This document shows positions 45,233-54,567 of a stretch of 64,000 nucleotides of DNA, piece by piece. The notes beneath the pieces were generated by a model, which worked only from the letters and a program-made list of their open reading frames with translations, had not been told where the DNA came from and did not search any database. Where the stretch lies: the IMG/VR virus record IMGVR_UViG_3300021319_000003; one strand, 5' to 3'. The position numbers and the translations under genes are program-made. How positions within the stretch are numbered: position 1 is the first letter of the stretch; each line of letters starts with the position of its first letter. This DNA is from a virus. Taxonomy: Duplodnaviria; Heunggongvirae; Uroviricota; Caudoviricetes.

Positions 45233-45554
45233 GATGCGCAAGATGACGCCGGAACAGCAGGCACGGTGTATGAGCATCGCGCGCTTTACACCTAAAGGTG
45301 TCAACATTCCTATCAACACTATGCTGGCACCTGGATGGGAAATCCTTAAGGCTTATAAGGAGGACGGCGACGAAGAAAAGTACACGAAGGCTTACCGGGA
45401 ATACCTTAAGACCCTCAATGTACATAAAGTCGGCGCCAATATGCAGGGCAAAATTCTCCTGTGCTACGAAAAGCCAGAGACTTTTTGCCATCGTCATATT
45501 CTGGCCGAATGGTTAAATGACCACGGATACGAATGTGAAGAGTTAAAATTGTGA
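45198..45554 (+). CDS. hypothetical protein
   Basis: 118-aa ORF overlapping the upstream gene. Confidence 0.5.
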   Translation: MQKMIYMSYFAKMRKMTPEQQARCMSIARFTPKGVNIPINTMLAPGWEILKAYKEDGDEEKYTKAYREYLKTLNVHKVGANMQGKILLCYEKPETFCHRHILAEWLNDHGYECEELKL

Positions 45555-45591
45555 AATACACCGGCGAAAGATTTGGAAGGGAAGATTCAAG

Positions 45592-45861
45592 ATGACCGAA
45601 GAGAAAGATTTCACAAAAGAAGCGCTGAAAAACATGGGCGCAACGGCTACAGTAGCTTTAATTGTTTTTGCGATATCGGCCTTAATCATCGGGACGCCTG
45701 TAGCGGTGGCTGCCGTACTAGGTTTAGACTGTCAGGAAGCTTTTTGCGTAGGTTACCTCCTGTTCATTTTTATCGTGGTCATGTTGCTCTGGTTTATGGC
45801 TGAATACGGTGCCGTCGAAAGAAAACATTGCGACCAAGGCGCTTATTGGGAGGAGATTTGA
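45592..45861 (+). CDS. membrane protein
   Basis: 89 aa with two hydrophobic helices. GGAAGGGAAGATTCAAGATG ribosome-binding site. Confidence 0.5.
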   Translation: MTEEKDFTKEALKNMGATATVALIVFAISALIIGTPVAVAAVLGLDCQEAFCVGYLLFIFIVVMLLWFMAEYGAVERKHCDQGAYWEEI

Positions 45862-46163
45862 TGCAGCTATCTGATACACAAATGATGGCCACTATGGATG
45901 TAATCAAAGCATATTATCGGAACATCACGGAAAATCCGAGCGAAAATGCTACGATTTCCACGATGGTTGCTACTACGCTGGCTGTGATTGAATGGAAACG
46001 ACATATGCCCAAAGAAACTGTGTACTGTTCAGAGTCTCGGAGTATCACATTGGATGATGCCCTTGATAAACTATTGGCAGACATTAAAGAAGCCACCACC
46101 AGCCAAGATAAAGTCATAGCGGACGTAGCCCGCAAATGTTTTCGGGGGTTAATGGTTTTATGA
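45861..46163 (+). CDS. hypothetical protein
   Basis: ATG with GGGAGGAG ribosome-binding site, overlapping the upstream stop. Confidence 0.5.
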   Translation: MQLSDTQMMATMDVIKAYYRNITENPSENATISTMVATTLAVIEWKRHMPKETVYCSESRSITLDDALDKLLADIKEATTSQDKVIADVARKCFRGLMVL

Positions 46164-46369
46164 GTGCCTTTGGTAGTTACGAAGCTTGTTTGACGGTATG
46201 CCAATGTCATGATTGCAGGTTGCGTAATATACTTTGTAATCCGTGCATCTGTTGCGAGGGAATACACGAAAGCGAATTGACCGACGATGACATTGAATGG
46301 GGCAGCTGCGGTTATATGATGCGCGGCGAATATTGCGAAATAAGAGAAAAAATGGGAAAGAAAATATAA
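46136..46369 (+). CDS. small Cys-rich protein
   Basis: CQCHDCRLRNILCNPCICCEG Cys cluster. Possibly related to paralog family B. Confidence 0.4.
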   Translation: MFSGVNGFMSAFGSYEACLTVCQCHDCRLRNILCNPCICCEGIHESELTDDDIEWGSCGYMMRGEYCEIREKMGKKI

Positions 46370-46388
46370 AAATGTGGAGGTTTTTTGA

Positions 46389-47246
46389 ATGAAGACAGCA
46401 GAGCAAATCTTGATGGGGTATTACGAACAGCTCAAAAAGACTAATCCCAATTTTGAGGTAAAAGGGTATTCCCCTTACTACTTTGTTTTTAACCAGGATG
46501 TGTTGCATTTTTATTCCACAAAACTTAATAGCGACAAAAAACATGGCTGGACGTTTGGTATCTGGGCTCGCTACGACAAGAGCGGAAACATCACCGGCTG
46601 CACGTATTTTGGTGAAGCAAACGAGTTTATGGATAAGTTTAAGCCGAGCCGTACAAATATCTCCACAGACAGCGCGGAGGTATTTCTGAGAAAGGTCGCG
46701 GAGCTGGAAAAAGACCCCAAGCAAGGGTTTATTGATGAGTATTTTGCCGATGATGATACAGACGGCGTAGAAGAATACAATGAGTATTTCGCCGAAAAAG
46801 AGCAAAAGGAAAAAATAAAGGAAGAAAGCCTTGAGCTCTTAAAAACAGAACTTCCCCGCCTTGCAAAAGAAGCCGGATTGGGACTTCGCGGTATTGCTAT
46901 CGAGGATAGAAATTGGAGCACCGGATGGTTGGTAAGTCCCCGTTACCGAATCCATGGCTGGGAAAGCAATAAAACGGCCAGGACAGCTACCAGTAGATAC
47001 TGGCAAGATTTTGAAGATAGAATTCTTACGCCGTACAACAAAAAGCTGGAAAGTTTGGCGGGAGATTTCGTATGGCTTGTTCGTACTGATTTTGAGATTG
47101 ATACGTACGAGGTCAAGCTTTGGACAAAACAGGAGGATATCTGCCGTCGCGGACGATACATTACGTTCTTCGAACCTCCGATTAAAAAACAAAAACATCC
47201 GAGAAAAATCATGATTGCAAAAGCAAAGAAGGGAATGCGGCAATAA
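46389..47246 (+). CDS. hypothetical protein (285 aa)
   Basis: ORF with GGAGGTTTTTTGAATG ribosome-binding site. Confidence 0.55.
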   Translation: MKTAEQILMGYYEQLKKTNPNFEVKGYSPYYFVFNQDVLHFYSTKLNSDKKHGWTFGIWARYDKSGNITGCTYFGEANEFMDKFKPSRTNISTDSAEVFLRKVAELEKDPKQGFIDEYFADDDTDGVEEYNEYFAEKEQKEKIKEESLELLKTELPRLAKEAGLGLRGIAIEDRNWSTGWLVSPRYRIHGWESNKTARTATSRYWQDFEDRILTPYNKKLESLAGDFVWLVRTDFEIDTYEVKLWTKQEDICRRGRYITFFEPPIKKQKHPRKIMIAKAKKGMRQ

Positions 47247-47248
47247 AA

Positions 47249-47431
47249 GTGAGCAATTTAGATACTTCTAGAAGAGAGTTTTGGGACTTTATAGGTGATG
47301 CTGTTAAAAAGAATAATAACATTTATTGTAAGAATTGCCCTGCTTATAGTGCATGTAATGCTAGGTGTCATCTTTCGTGTGCAGAAGCTCTTAGGTACTA
47401 TTACGAACATTTGGGTACTGAGGAAATGTGA
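47249..47431 (+). CDS. small Cys-rich protein, paralog family B
   Basis: CKNCPAYSACNARCHLSC motif shared with 51861-52055, 52067-52297 and 57711-58148. Confidence 0.5.
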   Translation: MSNLDTSRREFWDFIGDAVKKNNNIYCKNCPAYSACNARCHLSCAEALRYYYEHLGTEEM

Positions 47432-47443
47432 GGAGCTGATTTT

Positions 47444-47692
47444 ATGAAATGCATAATTAAAAGCATGCAGTATCAAAAGATAGGAAACCTTATCGATGAA
47501 TACGCAAAGCCCATTCTTGAAGCTGGCTTCACGTTGGAACGACTTGACGAAGGCGAAAATGCCAAGCTCTTGATTGAACTTGACTCTATGGAAGATTTAA
47601 AGAGATTAGCTGATGCTGTAGAACGCAATATCGTCTTTGAGTCACAGCGTTCTTGCAACGGCATCTACCCAATCCTTACTATTTATCTGTAA
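47444..47692 (+). CDS. hypothetical protein
   Basis: 82-aa ORF with GAGGAGCTGATTTTATG ribosome-binding site. Confidence 0.5.
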   Translation: MKCIIKSMQYQKIGNLIDEYAKPILEAGFTLERLDEGENAKLLIELDSMEDLKRLADAVERNIVFESQRSCNGIYPILTIYL

Positions 47693-47706
47693 AGGAGGTG
47701 CAACCT

Positions 47707-48075
47707 ATGGCTATTGTGGTCAAAAACAGTGTCGCCTATGCTAATTGGAGACGGATTCTTGCCCGTTATCCGCGACTGATTGCTTGCATGATTGAAGAGT
47801 CGCTGGGGTATTTCACACCGCACGCTGCAGCCGAAGCTATCCGGGCGCATAAAACCAACGGCTATTGGGGCTGTGAATGGTACACTCATATAGATTCTTG
47901 CAGAAATCCGGGTAAGACATGGGATGATGGCTACAACGACCGAATCAAGCAGATTAACCATGATGTTATTAGCGATGCATTTTCGCGCCGTAAATATTAT
48001 CGCTCAGAACAGGCACGCCACGTCGTACAACTGAATCTGAACGGAAAAGAATCTGTTGGTGCTGCTTGGTTTTAA
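47707..48075 (+). CDS. hypothetical protein
   Basis: Internal ATG with AAAGGAGGTG ribosome-binding site preferred over the track start. Confidence 0.5.
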   Translation: MAIVVKNSVAYANWRRILARYPRLIACMIEESLGYFTPHAAAEAIRAHKTNGYWGCEWYTHIDSCRNPGKTWDDGYNDRIKQINHDVISDAFSRRKYYRSEQARHVVQLNLNGKESVGAAWF

Positions 48076-48088
48076 TGAAGGAGAAAAA

Positions 48089-48370
48089 ATGAAAAAGTTT
48101 TTTGCCGCAGTATTGTTAACAACTGCTATTCTTTGCGCCGGATGCGGTGGAGATAAAAAACTGGTTGACGATGGGGATACAACTTTTGTTGACTTGCCTG
48201 TAGGAGAAAAATTTGTGAATTTTGCCCACAGTAATGTCAATGGCTATGTTGCTCATCGAAAAAGACGGGCAGGCGAAGAACCTGAGGAGTATGTAATTGA
48301 TTTGGTTCATCAGGACGGTTTTGGACATAGTGAGCAAATAAGTAAAGTCTTTGTTATTCGCGAGCATTAA
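48089..48370 (+). CDS. putative lipoprotein
   Basis: MKKFFAAVLLTTAILCAGCGG signal peptide with lipobox. GAAGGAGAAAAAATG ribosome-binding site. Confidence 0.5.
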   Translation: MKKFFAAVLLTTAILCAGCGGDKKLVDDGDTTFVDLPVGEKFVNFAHSNVNGYVAHRKRRAGEEPEEYVIDLVHQDGFGHSEQISKVFVIREH

Positions 48371-48386
48371 GGAAGGAGAATCGAAT

Positions 48387-48623
48387 GTGAAAGTATATGC
48401 ATTAGTAAGCTGGACACACGATGGCGCATCTCTGCGTGATGTTTTTGATTCAAGAGAAAAGGCTCACAAGGCTTTTTATGAAACCCTCGATAATATGTTC
48501 TATTCCGATGAAATAGCAGACGGCGACTTAGTGAATAATATTGCCGAACTTCATTTTTGGGACAATAAAGAACACTGCGAAGCTGAATACGAATTGAAAC
48601 TTGTCGAAAAAGAACTTAAGTGA
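48387..48623 (+). CDS. small protein, paralog family A (member 2)
   Basis: GTG start with AAGGAAGGAGAA ribosome-binding site. KVYALVSWTHDG...VFDSREKAHKAFYE is homologous to 40575-40808. Confidence 0.55.
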   Translation: MKVYALVSWTHDGASLRDVFDSREKAHKAFYETLDNMFYSDEIADGDLVNNIAELHFWDNKEHCEAEYELKLVEKELK

Positions 48624-48633
48624 GGTTGTTGAC

Positions 48634-48819
48634 ATGTCTTTGGATAAAGCCATTGCCCATGGCAAGGAACACCGCAAGCCATATCGCGGCGCCAAAGCCG
48701 TAGACCATACTTGCCGCAATCACGGCTCTTGCGAATACTGTAAGAGCAATAGGCTGCACAAATTTAAAAAAGACGAACCGATAGAGGAAGAAAGGTTGAT
48801 TTCCTTTGAAGACGATTGA
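48634..48819 (+). CDS. small Cys/His-containing protein
   Basis: Internal ATG preferred over the track start. HTCRNHGSCEYCKSN motif. Confidence 0.45.
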   Translation: MSLDKAIAHGKEHRKPYRGAKAVDHTCRNHGSCEYCKSNRLHKFKKDEPIEEERLISFEDD

Positions 48820-49735
48820 GCATATTCAGAACATGGCTCAGCGTATTGCTGCATTAATGGGGGATAAAGAAACATTTACCCTCAAAGAGCTTAACGAGGC
48901 AATACAAGACAAGCCTGCAACAACACTACGTGCCAGGGTATATGATAACCTTGGCACTATGTTTCAACGAGTAGGACGTGGTGTGTATACGGTTATCCGT
49001 GATAATGGAGCGAATATTATGGCCATTAATGGTGATGGTCGGGATTTGTCTATGATTAAGGATGCGAAAATTGATGCCATTATTACTGACCATCCGTATG
49101 AGGATAAGAAAAGTCTTAAGGGAGGCAATCGTAATTTTGCTAATTACGATGTCTTCAAATACACACAGGACGATTTCAACGAAAAGGCTCGCGTGCTAAA
49201 AGATGGCGCTTTTCTTGTCGAATTCTTTGCGGAGGAAAACGCCAATAACTATGACTACATTTACCAATGCAAGAAGATGGCGGAGAAAGCCGGCTTCAAA
49301 TATTATGCTACTGTGCCATGGACGAAAGGAACATTCGTGGCCAACACAGGACGGAAAGCAAAGAATATGGAGCAGGTGGTTATCTTCACGAAAGGCGAAC
49401 CACGCAGGCTTCGACCTGATAAACAGCGCGGAGGAATTATGCGCGGTGCTGCAGGGATGCTACCAATAGCTTTTGATTATCAGCCCAAGTCTGTCAGAGA
49501 AAAGATTCATAAAGCAGAAAAGCCGGTTGAACTCTTAAAGCAAATTATAAGTTATGTCACAAAGCCGGGCGAATATATTTTAGACCAGTTCGCCGGCTCG
49601 GGCAATCTTGGTATTGCCGCAAAACAGACTGGACGATCTGCAATGCTCATAGAAAAGAGCAAGGAAATCTATGCGAAGATGCTTGCCAACTTATCATGTG
49701 AAATTACAGATAAGGGCGTACAGGCTGTTGCTTAA
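48806..49735 (+). CDS. DNA methyltransferase (beta-class N6-adenine/N4-cytosine type)
   Basis: DPPY-like motif IV (IITDHPYE) precedes the SAM-binding motif I (LDQFAGSGNLGIAA). This ordering is typical of beta-class amino-MTases. No adjacent restriction endonuclease. Confidence 0.7.
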   Translation: MKTIEHIQNMAQRIAALMGDKETFTLKELNEAIQDKPATTLRARVYDNLGTMFQRVGRGVYTVIRDNGANIMAINGDGRDLSMIKDAKIDAIITDHPYEDKKSLKGGNRNFANYDVFKYTQDDFNEKARVLKDGAFLVEFFAEENANNYDYIYQCKKMAEKAGFKYYATVPWTKGTFVANTGRKAKNMEQVVIFTKGEPRRLRPDKQRGGIMRGAAGMLPIAFDYQPKSVREKIHKAEKPVELLKQIISYVTKPGEYILDQFAGSGNLGIAAKQTGRSAMLIEKSKEIYAKMLANLSCEITDKGVQAVA

Positions 49736-49804
49736 AAGCTAGTACAGTTGGGGGCAGCCAAATGCTCTGCTCTCAATCATAGTGGTTTTTAGAGAAGAGA
49801 AAGG

Positions 49805-50137
49805 ATGAAAAAGATGTATACATACTATCAAAAGGTTGAATCCAACGAGCATTATTTGTATGCTAGTGAAGTAGCAGAATATCTTCAAACAAAGTATGGA
49901 ATAGTAACGTTATCAGGCCGTCCGGCCATTAAAATGGTTGAAGCAGTTTTGGCCGACAAGGAAGCCGACCAGGAACGGCTGTTCTATATGACGCGAAAAG
50001 GCCTCAGGCTTGTTCATCCTGCCGGCAGGCAGTTAATGGAGCTTCCTATAGAAGCATGGACCAGCGGAAAAAAAGAAGACGATTATTATATCGCCTCGGC
50101 TAATGGCCGGAACTGGAAATATCGAGTATTGAAGTAA
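49805..50137 (+). CDS. hypothetical protein
   Basis: 110-aa ORF with GAGAAAGGATGAAAAAGATG ribosome-binding site. Confidence 0.5.
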   Translation: MKKMYTYYQKVESNEHYLYASEVAEYLQTKYGIVTLSGRPAIKMVEAVLADKEADQERLFYMTRKGLRLVHPAGRQLMELPIEAWTSGKKEDDYYIASANGRNWKYRVLK

Positions 50138-50151
50138 GGTTGCAACAGCAA

Positions 50152-50553
50152 ATGAGTAAGAAAAAACCGATTGACAGTTTCTGGATGAAGCATTATAGTA
50201 AGAAAGAGGGCGTAGTATTTAGCAGTAAGCGCCTAAAGTCGTTATTAAGAAGCGGATATTGTGTTGAAACTGTGTCAGAACTCTGGTTCGATAGCGAAGA
50301 AGGCCTGGGCTACAACAATTGGGTAGATGAGTACGCCGAAGGCGTTTGGGACATGTCCCAGAAAGAGGTTAATGACATGGCATATTATGTCGTGAGGAAA
50401 TTCTCCCACCTGTCCAGACGATGCGCCCAGAAAGCTATTCCGCGAGCTTATAAGAAGGAAGAATCCGCCGACACAATTAGCTTTTATCTCTATATGCGAG
50501 ATAGAGGATATTGTGATTACATGATTTTCCTTACCAAGAAAAGAGGGAATTAA
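50152..50553 (+). CDS. hypothetical protein
   Basis: Internal ATG preferred over the TTG track start. Confidence 0.5.
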   Translation: MSKKKPIDSFWMKHYSKKEGVVFSSKRLKSLLRSGYCVETVSELWFDSEEGLGYNNWVDEYAEGVWDMSQKEVNDMAYYVVRKFSHLSRRCAQKAIPRAYKKEESADTISFYLYMRDRGYCDYMIFLTKKRGN

Positions 50554-50554
50554 C

Positions 50555-50896
50555 ATGCTTTATAAAGTAAGAATCAGCGAGGAACTGGCCCGCACTATCG
50601 AAGTTGAGGCTGAAGACGAAAACGAAGCTTACGACAAGGCTTATGATATGTACCGTGATTGTGAAGTCGTCCTGACTTCGGACGATTATGTTGGGGAACC
50701 GGATATCCGTGTCGGCAACCCGATGACGTTGGGAGATGCAATATGCGCACTTAACAAGCTTAATTATTCAGTCACTTTCGTGCGCGAAGATGATATTGAG
50801 GACAATAATGAGTCCATTCTTGTTGAGTCGCCAGAAGGTTGTGTTAAATTTTTGCCAACGTATGAGTCGCTTATTGCATTTGCAGAAGAGGTGTGA
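50555..50896 (+). CDS. hypothetical acidic protein
   Basis: 113-aa ORF with AGAGGGAATTAACATG ribosome-binding site. Confidence 0.5.
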   Translation: MLYKVRISEELARTIEVEAEDENEAYDKAYDMYRDCEVVLTSDDYVGEPDIRVGNPMTLGDAICALNKLNYSVTFVREDDIEDNNESILVESPEGCVKFLPTYESLIAFAEEV

Positions 50897-50902
50897 GTAA
50901 AA

Positions 50903-51175
50903 ATGCAGATTTACGGAGTAGTGGCAGCAAGGCATGAAGGCCAGGCGAAAGCTATCCTTATGGATTTGGTAAGCGAAGGCATCCTTGACTACTACGAACT
51001 GGATGGTAGAGAAGATCTGGACTATGACGAAATTAACAGCAGGTGTGACGCTGTAGTTGACAATGAAGGCTATCTCACTACTGGCGAAGAATACACAGGA
51101 GACTTGGCTGACCTGCTGTATAACATGCACGGGCTGCACACTTACAGTTTTGAGGCAGAATGTCTGGGGGTGTAA
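50903..51175 (+). CDS. hypothetical protein
   Basis: 90-aa ORF with GAGGTGTGAGTAAAAATG ribosome-binding site. Confidence 0.5.
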   Translation: MQIYGVVAARHEGQAKAILMDLVSEGILDYYELDGREDLDYDEINSRCDAVVDNEGYLTTGEEYTGDLADLLYNMHGLHTYSFEAECLGV

Positions 51176-51177
51176 GT

Positions 51178-51621
51178 ATGTTCGATTGGTTTAAGAAGCG
51201 AAATAAAGAAAACCACGAGAAAACGGTTAGTAACCTTATCAAACGAGTAGAAGCGATGGAAACGAAGCATAAGGTGCAGAACGCGCCAGGGATGTTCTTT
51301 ATCAAGACTCCAGCCGGTACTTTCGCCAATACGCAATTTAAGAGTATTAATAGGAATGGTCAGTATATTGAGCTGAGATTCTATAATATTATGGATTATA
51401 CATTCAAATCCCAGAAGCCTAAAGAAGTATACAACGCCATCATTAAGGCTTTGGCAGATGCAGCGGCAAAACTTGTACCGTGTACGATTAACGAGGCGCC
51501 GACACCCTACGGAATGTTTTCTTATCACGAGAACCCATATCCGGGGCCAACGGGCGAAGACCTTATCGTAGATATCGATGCTATTGTAAAAGAAGTGAGG
51601 AGGGAAAAGTGTGTTGGATAG
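51178..51621 (+). CDS. hypothetical protein
   Basis: Internal ATG (MFDWFKK) used instead of the track start. Confidence 0.5.
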   Translation: MFDWFKKRNKENHEKTVSNLIKRVEAMETKHKVQNAPGMFFIKTPAGTFANTQFKSINRNGQYIELRFYNIMDYTFKSQKPKEVYNAIIKALADAAAKLVPCTINEAPTPYGMFSYHENPYPGPTGEDLIVDIDAIVKEVRREKCVG

Positions 51622-51859
51622 GGCAGAAGCAATTAAAAGGATTCATGAATTTGCCGACTATAATCATTGGGAGATGGTTGATTACCGGCTTTTAGATATC
51701 CGGAATGGCGAAGTAAGCTTTGCCACCATCTACACGGATGAGAATGGCTCTCTATGGGGCGCAATCATCATTGACGATAAAGTCGTGGTAAACGGAGGCA
51801 CCGGTTGTACATCCGCATCGGAATACATCGTCGAATATTTCCGTGAAGAGGTTATGTAA
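51611..51859 (+). CDS. hypothetical protein
   Basis: 82-aa ORF overlapping the upstream gene. Confidence 0.5.
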   Translation: MLDRAEAIKRIHEFADYNHWEMVDYRLLDIRNGEVSFATIYTDENGSLWGAIIIDDKVVVNGGTGCTSASEYIVEYFREEVM

Positions 51860-51860
51860 G

Positions 51861-52055
51861 ATGCAAAACGCGGATTATGTCAGAAGTTTGTCCAACGAAG
51901 AATTGGCACAATTCGTCAGGAACATAAACCTACTCGGTTGCGGTGCCACATGCGCCTACGCAGAATACTGCAAGCACGATGGCGTAGAAGAAGATTTTTG
52001 CCAATTAGGCACTCGGCTATGGGTTGAGCAAAAGTTTGAAGAAGACGTAAAGTGA
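51861..52055 (+). CDS. small Cys-rich protein, paralog family B
   Basis: YVRSLSNEELAQF...CGATCAYAEYCKH is similar to 52067-52297 (YLRSLSNKELAEN...CSHCPAWKYCC). Confidence 0.5.
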   Translation: MQNADYVRSLSNEELAQFVRNINLLGCGATCAYAEYCKHDGVEEDFCQLGTRLWVEQKFEEDVK

Positions 52056-52066
52056 GGTGAGCCATA

Positions 52067-52297
52067 ATGAAAAGAGCCCGCGACGAGCTGATTGATTACC
52101 TGCGTTCATTGTCGAATAAAGAATTGGCAGAAAATGTAAGCATCAAATGTTCGCATTGCCCAGCATGGAAGTATTGTTGCACTCATCCCACGCTGAAAAC
52201 CTGCGAAACAACGTTGGCAAAATGGATGGATAAATCAGACGAAGACCTTAAAAAGGCTTTAGTATACGACCCGCAGCAAGAATGTGTATCTGGGTAG
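52067..52297 (+). CDS. small Cys-rich protein, paralog family B
   Basis: Shares the RSLSNxELA + CxxCPA motif with neighbouring paralogs. Confidence 0.5.
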   Translation: MKRARDELIDYLRSLSNKELAENVSIKCSHCPAWKYCCTHPTLKTCETTLAKWMDKSDEDLKKALVYDPQQECVSG

Positions 52298-52331
52298 GAA
52301 AGCCTTTAAAAATATTCAAGGAGGTACTACT

Positions 52332-52529
52332 ATGGGTTGGGGCATTTCCGAAAAGGCAAGCGAGAAAGAAAAGCTCAAAGCTGAAATCAACGACTTTTTT
52401 AGCGGGCTAAATTCGACTTGCGAAATCGATTACGAAGCATACAGCCAGATTTATGACGCTGTTATGCCAATTATTGATGATATGTATGAACGTAAGCGTC
52501 AGGAGGATGAAAATGAGTCAGTTGAATGA
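52332..52529 (+). CDS. hypothetical protein
   Basis: Internal ATG with CAAGGAGG ribosome-binding site preferred over the track start. Confidence 0.45.
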   Translation: MGWGISEKASEKEKLKAEINDFFSGLNSTCEIDYEAYSQIYDAVMPIIDDMYERKRQEDENESVE

Positions 52530-52902
52530 AAATACCCTGGCTGAGTTCAAAGGCCAGCTTATCGATACTTTGGAAGATTATCTTACAGAAGAGGGGGTAG
52601 CACCTAGCATGCTGCCCAACGAAGACCGTGATGACGAAGATGAGTGCAGCGCCATTATTTACGGTGAACATTACGGTATGTTAGAAGACAGTATCCAGCA
52701 TGAACTGGATATTTACAATCTGGTCGGCCGCGAAAACCCCATCAGCAACCCCCAGATTATCGCAATGACTGTTAGTCATATTTTTGAAGGCTATCAGGAG
52801 CTGATGGATATGATTGACACTTTTAAGTTTAATGACGACGATGAACGCCGGCTGAAACAGGAAATTCGCCAGACATTCGTGAACTGGGAGGTGTTCGCTT
52901 GA
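52513..52902 (+). CDS. hypothetical acidic protein
   Basis: ATG 7 nt after AGGAGGA. Overlaps the upstream gene. Confidence 0.5.
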   Translation: MSQLNENTLAEFKGQLIDTLEDYLTEEGVAPSMLPNEDRDDEDECSAIIYGEHYGMLEDSIQHELDIYNLVGRENPISNPQIIAMTVSHIFEGYQELMDMIDTFKFNDDDERRLKQEIRQTFVNWEVFA

Positions 52903-53183
52903 AGAAAGCGTGGATTATTTTGTTTTACAATTTCCCGGAAACTGGAGAACCTATCCAGATTAGGGGTGTATACGATTCCAAAGAAAAGGCTCGCAAAGGT
53001 TTTGAAAAATGCCTTCGCGAAAACTGGAAGCAGCTCACAGAAGACGAAGACGAATGTGATTGGGATTGCCATGGGAACTTTGACGAGTGCGTTAAAAACA
53101 TGGACTTCGAAAATCACAGTTATCGTTTGAGTGTTGAAGCTTGGAATGTCAACGAAGATTGGAAAGGCTCCATCTTTTGGTGA
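52899..53183 (+). CDS. small protein, paralog family A (member 3)
   Basis: GVYDSKEKARKGFEKCL aligns with family A members at 40575 and 48387. Confidence 0.5.
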   Translation: MKKAWIILFYNFPETGEPIQIRGVYDSKEKARKGFEKCLRENWKQLTEDEDECDWDCHGNFDECVKNMDFENHSYRLSVEAWNVNEDWKGSIFW

Positions 53184-53215
53184 TTATTGAGTTGGGAGGT
53201 ATTCGTTTGAAGAAC

Positions 53216-53578
53216 ATGAAAGTATTTGTCGCATTAATCTTGGTAGCCTTTGCGCTCATGCTCTGCGGTTGTCAACAGGATGCCCGCCGTACGGGCGGCA
53301 CGTCTACCATCGATGTAGACCCGGGCAAACGCATTATCCCGTACACCGTACAGTGGGATAAAAATGCCAACATCTGGTATCTCACCGAAGATGCTCCGGC
53401 CGACTATCAGCCCAAAACCTATGTATTCAAAGAATCATCTAACCTGGGCATGATGGAGGGCGAAGTTATTATTGTTGAGCATAAGGCTGGTGACACGGTA
53501 AAGGTCGGTAAACGCGACGTAAATGAAACCGCCGCACAGGCTAAAAAAATTCTGGAGCAGGGGCAGCAGGGTAAGTAA
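53216..53578 (+). CDS. putative lipoprotein
   Basis: MKVFVALILVAFALMLCGCQQ signal peptide with lipobox. Internal ATG chosen. Confidence 0.5.
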   Translation: MKVFVALILVAFALMLCGCQQDARRTGGTSTIDVDPGKRIIPYTVQWDKNANIWYLTEDAPADYQPKTYVFKESSNLGMMEGEVIIVEHKAGDTVKVGKRDVNETAAQAKKILEQGQQGK

Positions 53579-53592
53579 TCGGAGGTGCTTGT

Positions 53593-53775
53593 ATGAAAAG
53601 GGTAAGAGTTAATTTTAATGTCGTAAAAGAAGGCAGCGTAACCATCGAAGTTGATGACGATTACGATGTATCTGAACTCCGGCGGCAAGCAGAAGATGAG
53701 TACAGCGACGGAGATTTGTTCTGCGGCGGCGACATTTTTGAGATTACGGATTACGAAGAAGTAGGTGAATGTTAA
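53593..53775 (+). CDS. hypothetical acidic protein
   Basis: 60-aa ORF with GGAGGTGCTTGTATG ribosome-binding site. Confidence 0.45.
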   Translation: MKRVRVNFNVVKEGSVTIEVDDDYDVSELRRQAEDEYSDGDLFCGGDIFEITDYEEVGEC

Positions 53776-53777
53776 AA

Positions 53778-54035
53778 ATGCCAAACGAATCTGTATACAA
53801 AAATTACGACGCAGGAAGAACAGAAATTAAACAGATTACACTTGCGTTGCTTCGAGGAGTCACCGGCAGCGATTATGCGGGCGATATTACAGATAGAATT
53901 TCCGAAGATGTTATCGAAAATGTATTTACAACTTCAGCAGTAGACGAAAGCCATGATTGTCAGGACTTCAATACAGACGATGTGAGACTTGCAATCGGCC
54001 GCGTCCTGCTCGAACGTTTGGAGGTTTTGTCATGA
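53778..54035 (+). CDS. hypothetical protein
   Basis: Internal ATG (MPNESV) 9 nt after AGGTGA. Confidence 0.45.
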   Translation: MPNESVYKNYDAGRTEIKQITLALLRGVTGSDYAGDITDRISEDVIENVFTTSAVDESHDCQDFNTDDVRLAIGRVLLERLEVLS

Positions 54036-54214
54036 ATGTAAAAGAACTGATTGATATTCTAAAGGAATATCCGGACGATATGGAAGTTGTTGCGCGCGTC
54101 GCCGTCAAGACCAGCCCTTATCAATATGTAGAAGAACAAGAAGAGACCGGATTTGATGTATGGGAACGAGATGGCAAAATTGCTATTGATGTGGATGGGG
54201 TGTATTTTCGTTGA
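54032..54214 (+). CDS. hypothetical protein
   Basis: ATG (MNVKELI) preceded by GGAGG. Overlaps the upstream stop. Confidence 0.45.
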   Translation: MNVKELIDILKEYPDDMEVVARVAVKTSPYQYVEEQEETGFDVWERDGKIAIDVDGVYFR

Positions 54215-54567
54215 TGTTCATTACAACCAGAGACGGTAAGAAAATCCGTCTGAATGAAGAAGATGTAAAGGCGGCCGAAGACAAAAACGGCGGCATCAAT
54301 TTTATCGGAAAGCCTGTGGCAGTATGCAATGAAGGTGACCGGATGAGAAAAATCTGGATTGTCACCGTGGAACAGGATAAAAAGGCACATAATTACCGCA
54401 GCTTCAAAGGCGAAATGGACTTAGAGTTTTTGGCCGAGATAAAATTCGACCATGAGCCGACTCAGGAAGAGCTCTTGTATGTATGCTCGGCTCACGGCGC
54501 AGGGCTTTATGAAACCATCGTGCGTGTAGATACCGCTTATGAATGGACAACGGAGTATGACGACTAA
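54211..54567 (+). CDS. hypothetical protein
   Basis: 118-aa ORF with start overlapping the upstream stop. Confidence 0.5.
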   Translation: MMFITTRDGKKIRLNEEDVKAAEDKNGGINFIGKPVAVCNEGDRMRKIWIVTVEQDKKAHNYRSFKGEMDLEFLAEIKFDHEPTQEELLYVCSAHGAGLYETIVRVDTAYEWTTEYDD

